64,000 nt of DNA from Bacteroidaceae bacterium (GCA_045617275.1 JAZLII010000063.1:22477-86476); one strand, 5' to 3'; shown: positions 54,908 to 63,584, counted from the stretch's first letter. Numbers and translations: made by a program. The notes: a model not told the origin generated them from the sequence alone.

Positions 54908-55609
54908 ATGAACGAGTACGAAAGAAACTACGGAAACTATGGCGTTCAGGAAAATGCCATGGTAGTGACGATGAACAAAGTATACAGCTGGATGACACTG
55001 GCACTGGTAGCAACCGCACTGTCCGCATTGTATGTGGCTCATAGCGAAACCGTCCTTGGCATCATCTTCGGCAACCAGGCCATGCCCTGGATCCTGATGC
55101 TCGTCGAGGTGGGTGTCGTCATGTATCTCAGCGCACGCATCAACCGTATCAGCTATGCTACAGCCGTGACTCTCTTCGGTGTCTACTCCATCCTCAACGG
55201 TGTAGTACTCTCCGTCGTCCTCTTGATATACGAACTTAGCACCATCTATGCGGCATTCTTTGCCACGGCAGGCACCTTCGCAGCCATGAGTCTCATCGGC
55301 TACACCACCAAGAAGGATCTTTCCGGTCTGGGCGGCATCCTCACCATGGCTCTCATCGGCCTCATCATCGCCAGCCTGGTGAACCTCTTCCTCCACAATG
55401 ACACCATGACCAGCATCATCACCTACGCAGGTGTATTCATCTTCGTGGGCCTCACTGCCTACGACACGCAGAAGATCAAGCAGATGCTCATGTACAGTAA
55501 CGGTGCCGACCAGCGCAAGATTGGCATCATGGGCGCCCTGAGCCTCTACCTGGACTTCGTCAACCTCTTCCTCTACATCCTGCGCCTCCTTGGCAACCGC
55601 AGAAACTAA
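54908..55609 (+). CDS. Bax-inhibitor-1/YccA-family membrane protein
   Basis: 7-TM protein of 233 aa, with the conserved YDTQKIKQM and LYLDFVNLFLYILRLLG C-terminal region. Confidence 0.8.
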   Translation: MNEYERNYGNYGVQENAMVVTMNKVYSWMTLALVATALSALYVAHSETVLGIIFGNQAMPWILMLVEVGVVMYLSARINRISYATAVTLFGVYSILNGVVLSVVLLIYELSTIYAAFFATAGTFAAMSLIGYTTKKDLSGLGGILTMALIGLIIASLVNLFLHNDTMTSIITYAGVFIFVGLTAYDTQKIKQMLMYSNGADQRKIGIMGALSLYLDFVNLFLYILRLLGNRRN

Positions 55610-55623
55610 TCACGTACCAAGGA

Positions 55624-55714
55624 CACCTCACGAGGCCGACCCGTTGATACTCGACATCTCACAGGCCGTCCCGCCGATATCGATCATCACGAGGCCGTCC
55701 CCGTTAATTTCGGG
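55624..55714. repeat. About 30-bp imperfect tandem repeat x3 (core CAC[G]AGGCCG[AT]CCCG), followed by hairpin GGGCGAATA-G-TATTCGCCC
   Basis: Units at about 55624-55654, 55655-55684 and 55685-55714. Read directly from the sequence. Confidence 0.75.
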
Positions 55715-55768
55715 CGAATAGTATTCGCCCTCCCCTTACAAAAAACAACAAAAAAACACTATACAACA

Positions 55769-56962
55769 ATGAACACACTTTCCGACAGACTGAACCGCTT
55801 GGCACCCAGTGCCACCCTGGCAATGAGTCAGCGTAGCAGCGAGCTCAAGGCTCAAGGCGTTGACGTTATCAACATGAGCGTGGGTGAACCCGACTTCAAC
55901 ACGCCCGACCACATCAAGGCTGCTGCCATCAAGGCAGTGGAGGAGAACTGGAGCCGTTACTCTCCCGTTCCCGGTTATCCCGAACTGAAGAAGGCCATCG
56001 TCAACAAGCTGAAGAATGAGAACGGCGTGGACTACACTCCCGCTCAGATTTTGTGCTCCAATGGTGCCAAGCAGAGTGTCTGCAACGCCATCATGGCTCT
56101 GGTCAATGCCGGCGATGAGGTCATCATCCCCGCTCCCTACTGGGTAAGCTACCCTCAGATGGTTCTCCTGGCCGAGGGTACCCCCGTATTCGTAGAGGCT
56201 AAGATCGAGGCCGATTTCAAGATTACCCCCGAGCAGCTCGAGGCAGCCATCACTCCCAAGACTCGTGCCATCATCCTCTGCTCACCCTCCAACCCCACCG
56301 GTTCGGTATACAGCAAGGAAGAGCTCGAGGCTCTGAAGAACGTCCTGCTAAAGCATGAGCGCGTCATCGTCATTGCCGATGAGATCTACGAGCACATCAA
56401 CTACGTGGGCGAACATGCCTCTATGGCTCAGTTCCCCGACATCAAGGAGCGCGTAGTCATCATCAACGGTGTCAGCAAGGCTTATGCCATGACTGGTTGG
56501 CGTATCGGTTTCATCGCTGCTCCCGACTGGATTGTGAAGGGCTGCAACAAGCTCCAAGGCCAGTACACCAGCGGTCCTTGTTCTGTAAGCCAGAAGGCTG
56601 CCGAGGCTGCTTTTGCCGGCGACCAGCAGTGTGTGGAGGATATGCGTCAGGCCTTTGAGCGCAGAAAGAACCTCATCGTGAAGCTGGCCAAGGAGATCCC
56701 CGGTCTGGAGGTCAACGATCCTCAGGGCGCCTTCTATCTCTTCCCCAAGTGCTCAAGCTTCTTCGGCAAGGCTGATGGCGACCGTGTCATCAACAACAGC
56801 ACCGACCTGGCTATGTACCTCCTCGAGGTAGGCCACGTTGCCACTGTAGGTGGTGATGCTTTCGGTAGCCCCGAATGTTTCCGTATGAGCTATGCCACCA
56901 GCGATGAGAACATCGTTGAGGCTATGCGTCGCATCAAGGAGACTTTAGCAAAGCTAAAGTAG
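55769..56962 (+). CDS. aspC: Aspartate/aromatic aminotransferase (class I PLP enzyme)
   Basis: SKAYAMTGWRIG (PLP-lysine context) and NPTG. 397 aa. Confidence 0.85.
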   Translation: MNTLSDRLNRLAPSATLAMSQRSSELKAQGVDVINMSVGEPDFNTPDHIKAAAIKAVEENWSRYSPVPGYPELKKAIVNKLKNENGVDYTPAQILCSNGAKQSVCNAIMALVNAGDEVIIPAPYWVSYPQMVLLAEGTPVFVEAKIEADFKITPEQLEAAITPKTRAIILCSPSNPTGSVYSKEELEALKNVLLKHERVIVIADEIYEHINYVGEHASMAQFPDIKERVVIINGVSKAYAMTGWRIGFIAAPDWIVKGCNKLQGQYTSGPCSVSQKAAEAAFAGDQQCVEDMRQAFERRKNLIVKLAKEIPGLEVNDPQGAFYLFPKCSSFFGKADGDRVINNSTDLAMYLLEVGHVATVGGDAFGSPECFRMSYATSDENIVEAMRRIKETLAKLK

Positions 56963-56990
56963 TTGAGCGATGAGCGATGAGAGTTGAGCG
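56963..56990 (+). repeat. 7-nt tandem array ([TA]TGAG[CA]G x4) immediately after the aminotransferase TAG stop
   Basis: TGA at 56964, 56971, 56978 and 56985. Confidence 0.9.
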
Positions 56991-57008
56991 AAAGTATCAA
57001 CTACAACT

Positions 57009-57383
57009 ATGAAAGAGAACGGATTTAGACAACTACGTGTTTACAACGAAGCAATAGAGTGGATTGCAGAAATCTACCTATTGCTTCAGCATTTTCCACA
57101 AGAGGAAAGGTATGCACTTTGCGATCAAATCAAGCGGGCTGCAGTATCCGTGACCTCCAACATCGCTGAAGGGACTAGTCGCACATCAAGAAAAGAATAT
57201 GCCCACTTTCTGGAGATATCATACGGTTCTCTCATGGAAGTACAAAGCCAGCTAGATGTCTCTCTAAAAATAGGGTACATCACGCAAGAAATGCATACAA
57301 ACATGGACAACCGGATTACGACTATTTCCAAAATGCTTTCAGGCTTAAGATATTCTATCCTATCAAAAGAAGAGAACGGATAA
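57009..57383 (+). CDS. Four-helix-bundle protein (23S rRNA intervening-sequence protein family)
   Basis: LRVYNEAIEW...QIKRAAVSVTSNIAEGTSRTSRKEYAHFLEISYGSLMEVQSQL matches the family pattern as I remember it. Confidence 0.8.
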   Translation: MKENGFRQLRVYNEAIEWIAEIYLLLQHFPQEERYALCDQIKRAAVSVTSNIAEGTSRTSRKEYAHFLEISYGSLMEVQSQLDVSLKIGYITQEMHTNMDNRITTISKMLSGLRYSILSKEENG

Positions 57384-57389
57384 AAACAT

Positions 57390-57417
57390 AAAAGAGTGAA
57401 GTTTCCTTCACTCTTTT
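57390..57417. terminator. Hairpin between convergent four-helix-bundle and ferredoxin genes
   Basis: AAAAGAGTGAAG-TTTC-CTTCACTCTTTT. The flanking A and T runs allow action in both directions. Confidence 0.55.
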
Positions 57418-57494
57418 ATATTCTCAATTGAACGTTCTGCGATGTTACGCAAAGCTAAAATCCGCTCAACGTTCAACAATTTTGCAAAGCAAAA

Positions 57495-57659
57495 TTACAG
57501 AGAGATAGCGCCGCTAGGACAAGCATCTGCGCAAGTACCACACTCGGTGCACTCGTCAGGATTGATTGAATACTTGTCGCCCTCAGAGATAGCTCCTACG
57601 GGGCACTCATCGATACATGTGCCGCAAGCAACACAGTCATCACTAATTACGTAAGCCAT
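57495..57659 (-). CDS. 2x[4Fe-4S] ferredoxin, 54 aa (below the ORF-track length cut-off)
   Basis: Hand translation gives MAYVISDDCVACGTCIDECPVGAISEGDKYSINPDECTECGTCADACPSGAISL, with two CxxCxxCxxxCP motifs. Confidence 0.8.
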   Translation of the reverse strand: MAYVISDDCVACGTCIDECPVGAISEGDKYSINPDECTECGTCADACPSGAISL

Positions 57660-57747
57660 AGTTCTGTTTATTAATTAGGTTATTAATGTTATTTCTCGCA
57701 CTTGAAAGGTGATCGTGCCACATGTGCACTGTCACCATTTCTAAAGG

Positions 57748-57755
57748 CAAAGGTA
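57748..57755 (-). promoter_or_regulatory. -7 box TACCTTTG upstream of the ferredoxin gene
   Basis: Reverse complement of CAAAGGTA, about 90 nt upstream of the ATG at 57659. Confidence 0.35.
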
Positions 57756-57839
57756 ATCAAAAATAATTAATAGCGTATCAATTCAAGGCATTTTTTTTGC
57801 TTCTTCTCATCAAAATCTATGATTCTCGCAATAATTTGC

Positions 57840-57847
57840 TAACTTTG
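57840..57847 (+). promoter_or_regulatory. -7 box TAACTTTG upstream of the PorT-like gene
   Basis: TAnnTTTG match, 33 nt upstream of the ATG at 57880. Confidence 0.45.
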
Positions 57848-57879
57848 CAGTTATGTAATGGTCGAAACATAACTTTGGA

Positions 57880-58584
57880 ATGAAAAAGGGACTCTTCATA
57901 TTCATTATGCTTTTAAGCTCACTCACGGGTGTGGCACAGGAGCGTCGTGTGATGAACCGCCCCTACCTCGACATGCGTCACCTTCACTATGGTTTTCTCT
58001 TGGGCTTCCATATGCAAGACCTCGAGTTCACCAACAACGGCCATATCAATCCCGAGACCGGCGAGCAGTGGTATTGCGACATCGACAACTACAGTCCTGG
58101 CTTCAACGTAGGTGTGCTGGCCGAACTGCGTCTCAACCAATACCTCTCCTTACGTTTCACCCCCACCCTTTATTTTGGTCAGAAGCGTGCTTGGTTTCAT
58201 GAGCAGGTAAGCGGTCGCGACACCACAACGGTCATCAAGAGCACACAGATAGCCTTTCCCCTCGACCTGAAGTTTGCTGCGCCTCGCTACAACAATTTCC
58301 GTCCCTATTTCGTGGCCGGCGTAGCCCCAAGCATCGACCTCACCACGCGCAAGCACCATGCCCTTCGCATGAACGCCATGGACTGCTGTCTGGAAGTAGG
58401 TATGGGCTGCGACATGTATCTGCGCTACTTCAAACTGATCCCCGAGATCAAGTTCAGCTTCGGACTCGCCAACCTCCTCAAGAAGGATCGTAGTGACCTC
58501 ATCGATGCTTCTTTGATAAAGTACACCGACGCCTTGGACCGTGCCCGGGCCAAGATGATCACCTTCAGCCTTTATTTCGAGTAG
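57880..58584 (+). CDS. Outer-membrane beta-barrel protein, PorT/SprT-like (T9SS-associated)
   Basis: Signal peptide. NRPYLDMRHLHYGFLLGF N-terminal motif. Alternating beta-strand pattern with a C-terminal aromatic (SLYFE). The family call is from memory. Confidence 0.5.
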   Translation: MKKGLFIFIMLLSSLTGVAQERRVMNRPYLDMRHLHYGFLLGFHMQDLEFTNNGHINPETGEQWYCDIDNYSPGFNVGVLAELRLNQYLSLRFTPTLYFGQKRAWFHEQVSGRDTTTVIKSTQIAFPLDLKFAAPRYNNFRPYFVAGVAPSIDLTTRKHHALRMNAMDCCLEVGMGCDMYLRYFKLIPEIKFSFGLANLLKKDRSDLIDASLIKYTDALDRARAKMITFSLYFE

Positions 58585-58619
58585 CGTTGATGCCAAGCAT
58601 CAAGCCTTCCCTCAACGTT

Positions 58620-58665
58620 CCGCTCGGCCCTTTGGGACGCTTGCAGAGCGAAGCGGGGCAAGAAC
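58620..58665 (-). repeat. 46-bp intergenic element, copy 2 (identical to 50292-50337)
   Basis: Identical 46-mer, same orientation. It lies immediately downstream of the minus-strand metallophosphatase gene. Confidence 0.9.
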
Positions 58666-58694
58666 CCTCAACGCTCAACGCTCAACCCTCAACG
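58666..58694 (-). repeat. 7-nt tandem array (GTTGAG[GC] x4 on the minus strand) overlapping the metallophosphatase stop
   Basis: The last codons T-L-R-V-E-R-stop are encoded by ACG TTG AGG GTT GAG CGT TGA. Confidence 0.9.
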
Positions 58695-59508
58695 TCACCA
58701 CGCCCACGAAGCGTCCGTTCTTGCCCTGGTGATCCAAGGCCACGTCGATGCCTTCGGCATCCTTGATGAAGTCGGGCACTTCCTGATAGGTATGCGTGTG
58801 TCCGCCCAGCAGCACGTCGATGCCTCGGGTACGGCTGATGAAGGCGGGGTCCATCTCTGGGTCAGTGCCCTTGCCCAAGTGTGACAGACAGATCACCACG
58901 TCGCAGTGCTCCTCACCTCTCAAGCGGTCTATCACGGGCTGAGCAGCCTCAGCAGGATCGATATATCTTGTATTGCCGATATTGGCCGCCGCCACCAAGC
59001 CGTCCATCTTCGGACTCACACCCAGTATGCCTACGCGCACGCCCGCGCATTCCTTTACTATATAAGGCTTCACCAGTCCCTCTACGGGAGTGCCGGTGAA
59101 GTCATAGTTGCAGCACACCACGGGGAACTTCGCCATGCGGAAGAGCTTCGCCATATTCTCCAGTCCGTTGTCAAACTCATGGTTGCCGATGGTGCAGGCA
59201 TCATAGCCCATCTCATTCATCAGCTTCACCTCCACCTCGCCCTTATATAGGTTGTAGTAAACCGATCCCTGTGAGAAATCCCCACAGTCTAGCAGCAGCA
59301 AGTCCTTGTGCTCCTCGCGCAGACGGTCCAGTAAGGCAGCCCTTCGCAGGTAGCCACCCTTGTCCGCCTCCTCCACATTAGGATTGTTGGGCGAAAGCGG
59401 TTCCACGCATGAGTGCGTGTCACTGGTATGCACGATGCACAGTTCCTTCTGTTGCGCCATCATCACGCTGCTCGTGATCCAGGCTATCAATATCAATATC
59501 TTTTTCAT
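58675..59508 (-). CDS. Metallophosphoesterase half of a split 5'-nucleotidase/UDP-sugar hydrolase
   Basis: Signal peptide. HTSDTHS, DCGDFSQGS and GNHEFD motifs. Confidence 0.85.
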   Translation of the reverse strand: MKKILILIAWITSSVMMAQQKELCIVHTSDTHSCVEPLSPNNPNVEEADKGGYLRRAALLDRLREEHKDLLLLDCGDFSQGSVYYNLYKGEVEVKLMNEMGYDACTIGNHEFDNGLENMAKLFRMAKFPVVCCNYDFTGTPVEGLVKPYIVKECAGVRVGILGVSPKMDGLVAAANIGNTRYIDPAEAAQPVIDRLRGEEHCDVVICLSHLGKGTDPEMDPAFISRTRGIDVLLGGHTHTYQEVPDFIKDAEGIDVALDHQGKNGRFVGVVTLRVER

Positions 59509-59529
59509 CTTCCTTATTCCTTTTTATTT

Positions 59530-59557
59530 CGTCCTTCGTCCTTCGCTCAACGCTCCA
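59530..59557 (-). repeat. 7-nt tandem array (minus strand: TGGAGCG TTGAGCG AAGGACG AAGGACG) overlapping the 5'-nucleotidase C-domain gene stop
   Basis: The last codons V-E-R-stop are encoded by GTG GAG CGT TGA. Confidence 0.8.
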
Positions 59558-60293
59558 CCACCACTCTGCCCTCTATCTTCGAGTCGATGGTGCCATGCTG
59601 GCGTATGGTCTTCATGAGTACGTCTCTCACGGCGATGTCGCTCTGACGTATGCTGATACGCTTCTTCAGGGCATGCATCTTGTCATTGCCCTCTGCCACA
59701 TAGTCCAGTGTGGCAATGTTGTATATGCGCTCCGGCTCCACGGCCTTCCCTGATACCGTGGCACTTTTCAGTTCACCCTTTTTCGTGATGACTAGTTTCA
59801 CCTCATGACTCAGCGCCTCGCCCCCCACGGCAGCGATGTTGGCAAAGAGCTCCAGCAGTTCCGTGCCCTTCAGCTGCACCACGCAGAGGAAGTTCTGGAA
59901 GGGAGATATCAGCATGATGTCACCCTGACGCACAATGCCACGAGGCATATTGTTGCGCAGGCCACCCACGTTGAAGAGCCCCATGTCGGCCTTGCCTTTC
60001 CCGTCGAAGTTGCTCTGTTCCACCAGCGCATCGGCAGCCCAGTTGCCCAGCAGGCTCTCAGGTCGTCCTCCCGTCATGGCCACCCGGCTTTCGCCCAGCA
60101 CAGGGGCCATGATGCTGTCCACTCCTTTCTTGTAGGGAGCAAGCAAGGCGTCCAGGCTCTTCTTGTGAGCTCCGTCCAAGGCACTTGTCACCTCATAGCG
60201 CGTACCTCTTATCTCTTTGATATTGTGATGCTGAGCCCACAAGCCTATGCCGGGGAGCAGCAACATCACACCCAGTAGAATACGTTTCATCAT
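59547..60293 (-). CDS. 5'-nucleotidase C-terminal (substrate-binding) domain protein
   Basis: The start MMKRILLGVMLLLPGIGLWAQ at 60293 is preferred. The GNWAADAL and ATLDYVAEGNDKM regions are typical of the UshA C-domain. Confidence 0.8.
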   Translation of the reverse strand: MMKRILLGVMLLLPGIGLWAQHHNIKEIRGTRYEVTSALDGAHKKSLDALLAPYKKGVDSIMAPVLGESRVAMTGGRPESLLGNWAADALVEQSNFDGKGKADMGLFNVGGLRNNMPRGIVRQGDIMLISPFQNFLCVVQLKGTELLELFANIAAVGGEALSHEVKLVITKKGELKSATVSGKAVEPERIYNIATLDYVAEGNDKMHALKKRISIRQSDIAVRDVLMKTIRQHGTIDSKIEGRVVVER

Positions 60294-60317
60294 GATCGTA
60301 GATTGATTTATACCCCA

Positions 60318-60325
60318 CAAAAATA
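60318..60325 (-). promoter_or_regulatory. -7 box TATTTTTG upstream of the 5'-nucleotidase gene pair
   Basis: Reverse complement of CAAAAATA, about 25 nt upstream of the ATG at 60293. Confidence 0.4.
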
Positions 60326-60388
60326 CAAAAAAACACACCAAAAACAAAAATTTCCCGTAACTTTAAATGCAAATAGCAAAATTATTCG

Positions 60389-60396
60389 TAACTTTG
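60389..60396 (+). promoter_or_regulatory. -7 box TAACTTTG upstream of rplS
   Basis: TAnnTTTG match, about 96 nt upstream of the ATG at 60492. Confidence 0.4.
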
Positions 60397-60491
60397 CACC
60401 CGCTTTCCGCCACAGGTCGCTGACAGGATGAAGAGTTCCCTAGTTATGCCTCGGGTGAGATCGACAAACAATTTAATTAACAAACAACAAA

Positions 60492-60860
60492 ATGGCAGAT
60501 TTAATTAAAATTGCTGAGGAAGCATTTGCTACTGGCAAGCAGCACCCCACTTTCAAGGCTGGTGACACCGTAACCGTAGCTTACAAGATCATCGAGGGTA
60601 ACAAGGAGCGTATCCAGTTGTACCGTGGTGTATGTATCAAGATCAGCGGTCATGGCGACAAGAAGCGCTTCACCGTTCGCAAGATGTCTGGTACCGTAGG
60701 TGTAGAGCGTATCTTCCCTATCGAGAGCCCCAACATCGACAGCATCACCGTCAACAAGATTGGTAAGGTACGTCGCGCTAAGTTGTACTACCTCCGCAAC
60801 CTCACCGGTAAGAAGGCTCGCATCGCTGAGAAGCGCGTTGCTACCAAGAGCGCTGAGTAA
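60492..60860 (+). CDS. rplS: 50S ribosomal protein L19
   Basis: [29 protein letters not shown]...[10 protein letters not shown] is a typical L19 sequence. Confidence 0.95.
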   Translation: MADLIKIAEEAFATGKQHPTFKAGDTVTVAYKIIEGNKERIQLYRGVCIKISGHGDKKRFTVRKMSGTVGVERIFPIESPNIDSITVNKIGKVRRAKLYYLRNLTGKKARIAEKRVATKSAE

Positions 60861-60916
60861 TATTTTCAGCCCTCTTCAAGAGAGCAGTCTTACTACTCAA
60901 GAAAAAAGCAAATAAC

Positions 60917-60954
60917 AAGGCATCAAGGATTCACCTCCTTGATGCCTTTGCTTT
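60917..60954 (+). terminator. Rho-independent terminator after rplS
   Basis: AAGGCATCAAGGA-N6-TCCTTGATGCCTT followed by TGCTTT. Confidence 0.65.
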
Positions 60955-61049
60955 ATCTCCCGGTTCTTGTGGCTTTCGTGTAAAAGGAAGAAACTGAAAC
61001 ACGATGTCCACAGATACCTATTTTTCTATTCTGTCCGGTAAGAAGAAAC

Positions 61050-61229
61050 TTACCACTCATCATCCCAAGCACTGTGGGATTTGACCATACCAGGTGGCTG
61101 CCCCTCAGAGCCGCCATCTCCGCCAATACCAATTTCTGTCCCATCACTGAGCGCAAGCATCTCCTCAGCAGAGAGATCAGCCACCATCATCTCGGGCACT
61201 ATATACATTTTCATTTCCGTATTGTTCAT
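61050..61229 (-). CDS. Candidate small acidic protein (59 aa), one codon below the ORF-track cut-off
   Basis: Hand translation gives MNNTEMKMYIVPEMMVADLSAEEMLALSDGTEIGIGGDGGSEGQPPGMVKSHSAWDDEW. It starts 16 nt downstream of the lipase-like gene's stop, on the same strand. No homology is known to me. Confidence 0.3.
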   Translation of the reverse strand: MNNTEMKMYIVPEMMVADLSAEEMLALSDGTEIGIGGDGGSEGQPPGMVKSHSAWDDEW

Positions 61230-61244
61230 TTTTCGTTATCCTTT

Positions 61245-63533
61245 TTATTTTTTCATTACCTTCTTCACAGTGCCGTCAGCCTTACGAACGATGTTCACGC
61301 CACGCAGTAAGCCTGAGCGCACCGTGCCATCCAGACCATAGACAGCCTCTTGCTGCTGTTCGCTCTTGAGCACGGCAGAGATGGCGTCGGTCTCGTCGTC
61401 TTCCTCCATGGAGATGATGCATCCCTTCACGTTGCTGCCATTGGGCAGATAAGCATAGTAAGCAGGTATGGTCGTTACGCTTGAGTAGGTATAGAAGCCC
61501 ATGTCTCCCGTCTTGTTGAAGCCAAAGAACAGGTGGCCGTTGTTGGATATGGCCGTATAGCTACCCGTCAGCATGCTCTCTCCTTCAGGGCAAGACCCAT
61601 CCAGCAGAGGCTCCAGCACGGTCAACGTCTCGGCATTCACATTCTCCAGCAGCACACCCGTAGCCACGGGCACCTCAAGCATCTTCTTCGTCTTCACATA
61701 TCCAGTCTTCCCGCTCTCCACGATGGCAAAAGCATGCGACTCCTCGGGAAGAACATAGGCAAAAGGCATGTAGCCCGTGCCGAAAGAACTAATGCCATTG
61801 GGCGAAAGCTTGCGTATGTTCAGTTCGCGCCAAGCCAGCGCATCGTCCACAGTCTTTGTCAAGGCACCGGCCCTCTCGCTCAGCACCTCCTGGATGCCCG
61901 CTTTCTCACTGCTCACCAGATAAACCTTTCCGGCCTCAAAGTCGGCCATGTCGTCCATCTCAGTATAGCCCACGGCTTCACCATCCCCATTCACTTCCAC
62001 CTCATAGCGGGGCGCATCGATACCGAAGGCATAGCCATCCACCTTGCCGGCGAACTGCACGAATACCGGTTTGCCCTGAGGCAAGGGATACTGGAAGGCA
62101 GTCTTCACACGGTCGTAGGCACCCTGTTGAGAGGCAGAGCCCGCAGGTACATCGAGTGTGGTCAGAGTAGTCACAGGGTCAATGTTCGTGCTATTGGCAT
62201 TACCCGTAGTACTGGTGGCGGCAGGACGCATCTGCAGCGAAAGGATCTGCGCATAGAAGCGAGCACCAAAGGTGCGGTGGTCCAGCTGAGAGAACTTATA
62301 GCTCACATTGCCCGTTATACCTGCAGCTGCCATCACGAGACCCTCGGTAAATCGGCTTGCACTTCCATACTCCTTGGGCAGGTTCTCGCGGAATACGGCA
62401 CAGTGCCAAAGCGAGTTGACACCGCTCACACTATACTTATAGTCATCGATGGCGTCCACGTACGAGCAGTGACCGGCAAAGCGCACCAATGCGGCCTGCG
62501 TGCAGGCATAAGGCACCACGATGTCCTGGCCGGTTGCAGGAGTAGTGGCCTTGGTATGATAGAAGATGACGGGAGTAGCAGGCGTCCAGCCGTCCTCCTT
62601 GAGCAGGTTGGTATGCTCCAGCGTCTTACGGATGATGCGATACACCTTGGAGTTGTGATCGGCATAGTCGGCATTGATGATGCTGTAGAAGGTTTCAAAG
62701 CCAGCTTTTTTCAGTTCGTCATTGAGCTTATCCACATCCGTAGCCTTGGCCTCAAACTTTGCCTTGAAGCCACTCTGCAGATAGTTCCAGAACTCAGGGG
62801 TGAAGCACTCCTGCAGTTCCAGGTCCCTCATGGTGCTGTTGCCATAGGTAGCCTTGTGACCGTTGAGCAGATAGTACATATAGATGGGATAGTCCAGTGT
62901 CTTTCCTTCGGAGCACCACTGCTCGTAGGTGTCAAACACCATATTCTGATCATACGCACCAGCACCGCAGATAGATCCGCGGAGATTCACCAGCTTACGA
63001 TCGGCCTCCGTAGCCTCAGTCTCCAGATACTTCTGGAAAGCCAGTGCCGTGGAGCCACCTTGAGAGTAGCCCACATTCATCGTGTAGTAGTTGGCCGAGA
63101 TGGTGCGCTTGCCCGTCTCCTTCACATACTTCACGGCAGCCTTGAAGCAGTCGAGCAAGTTGCGCGAGGTGATGGTCGTACACATGTAAGGGTGCGTCTC
63201 ATTCTTTGACTGGCCAAAGCCGATGTAGTCGGGGCAGATGAGCAGGCAGTTCTCACTCACCATGTACTTGATAGCCTCCATCTGAGGTTCGGATCCCGTG
63301 GGGCACCCCGCATCATGCGTGATGGTGGCATGACAGTTGAGCATGATGAAGTTCACCGTCTGATTGTTCTTGTAGTAAATCTTCGCAGAAAGCGTGATGG
63401 GATTGTTGTTGACATCCACGCTTTGATAAGTGATCGACGGGCTGGCCACATTGGTCAAAGCACCAGTCACGTCAGCAGCATGCACTGCTGCGCAGACAAA
63501 GAAAGCCAGGCACGCAAGTAAAAGTTTTTTCAT
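61245..63533 (-). CDS. T9SS-sorted alpha/beta-hydrolase (lipase/esterase-like) protein
   Basis: Signal peptide MKKLLLACLAFFVCAAVHA at 63533. Nucleophile elbow GYSQGG. Tail VYGLDGTVRSGLLRGVNIVRKADGTVKKVMKK resembles a T9SS CTD. Confidence 0.7.
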   Translation of the reverse strand: MKKLLLACLAFFVCAAVHAADVTGALTNVASPSITYQSVDVNNNPITLSAKIYYKNNQTVNFIMLNCHATITHDAGCPTGSEPQMEAIKYMVSENCLLICPDYIGFGQSKNETHPYMCTTITSRNLLDCFKAAVKYVKETGKRTISANYYTMNVGYSQGGSTALAFQKYLETEATEADRKLVNLRGSICGAGAYDQNMVFDTYEQWCSEGKTLDYPIYMYYLLNGHKATYGNSTMRDLELQECFTPEFWNYLQSGFKAKFEAKATDVDKLNDELKKAGFETFYSIINADYADHNSKVYRIIRKTLEHTNLLKEDGWTPATPVIFYHTKATTPATGQDIVVPYACTQAALVRFAGHCSYVDAIDDYKYSVSGVNSLWHCAVFRENLPKEYGSASRFTEGLVMAAAGITGNVSYKFSQLDHRTFGARFYAQILSLQMRPAATSTTGNANSTNIDPVTTLTTLDVPAGSASQQGAYDRVKTAFQYPLPQGKPVFVQFAGKVDGYAFGIDAPRYEVEVNGDGEAVGYTEMDDMADFEAGKVYLVSSEKAGIQEVLSERAGALTKTVDDALAWRELNIRKLSPNGISSFGTGYMPFAYVLPEESHAFAIVESGKTGYVKTKKMLEVPVATGVLLENVNAETLTVLEPLLDGSCPEGESMLTGSYTAISNNGHLFFGFNKTGDMGFYTYSSVTTIPAYYAYLPNGSNVKGCIISMEEDDETDAISAVLKSEQQQEAVYGLDGTVRSGLLRGVNIVRKADGTVKKVMKK

Positions 63534-63576
63534 GGATATTATCACGTGTTTGTATTGGTCAGTATAATAAACTGGG

Positions 63577-63584
63577 CAAAGTTA
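63577..63584 (-). promoter_or_regulatory. -7 box TAACTTTG upstream of the lipase-like gene
   Basis: Reverse complement of CAAAGTTA, about 44 nt upstream of the ATG at 63533. Confidence 0.4.

Noticed and set aside
58675-60293. Split 5'-nucleotidase as a frameshifted pseudogene
   Set aside because: Both halves have their own start codon and signal peptide and are separated by a 38-nt gap. This two-gene arrangement is, to my knowledge, normal in Bacteroidales.
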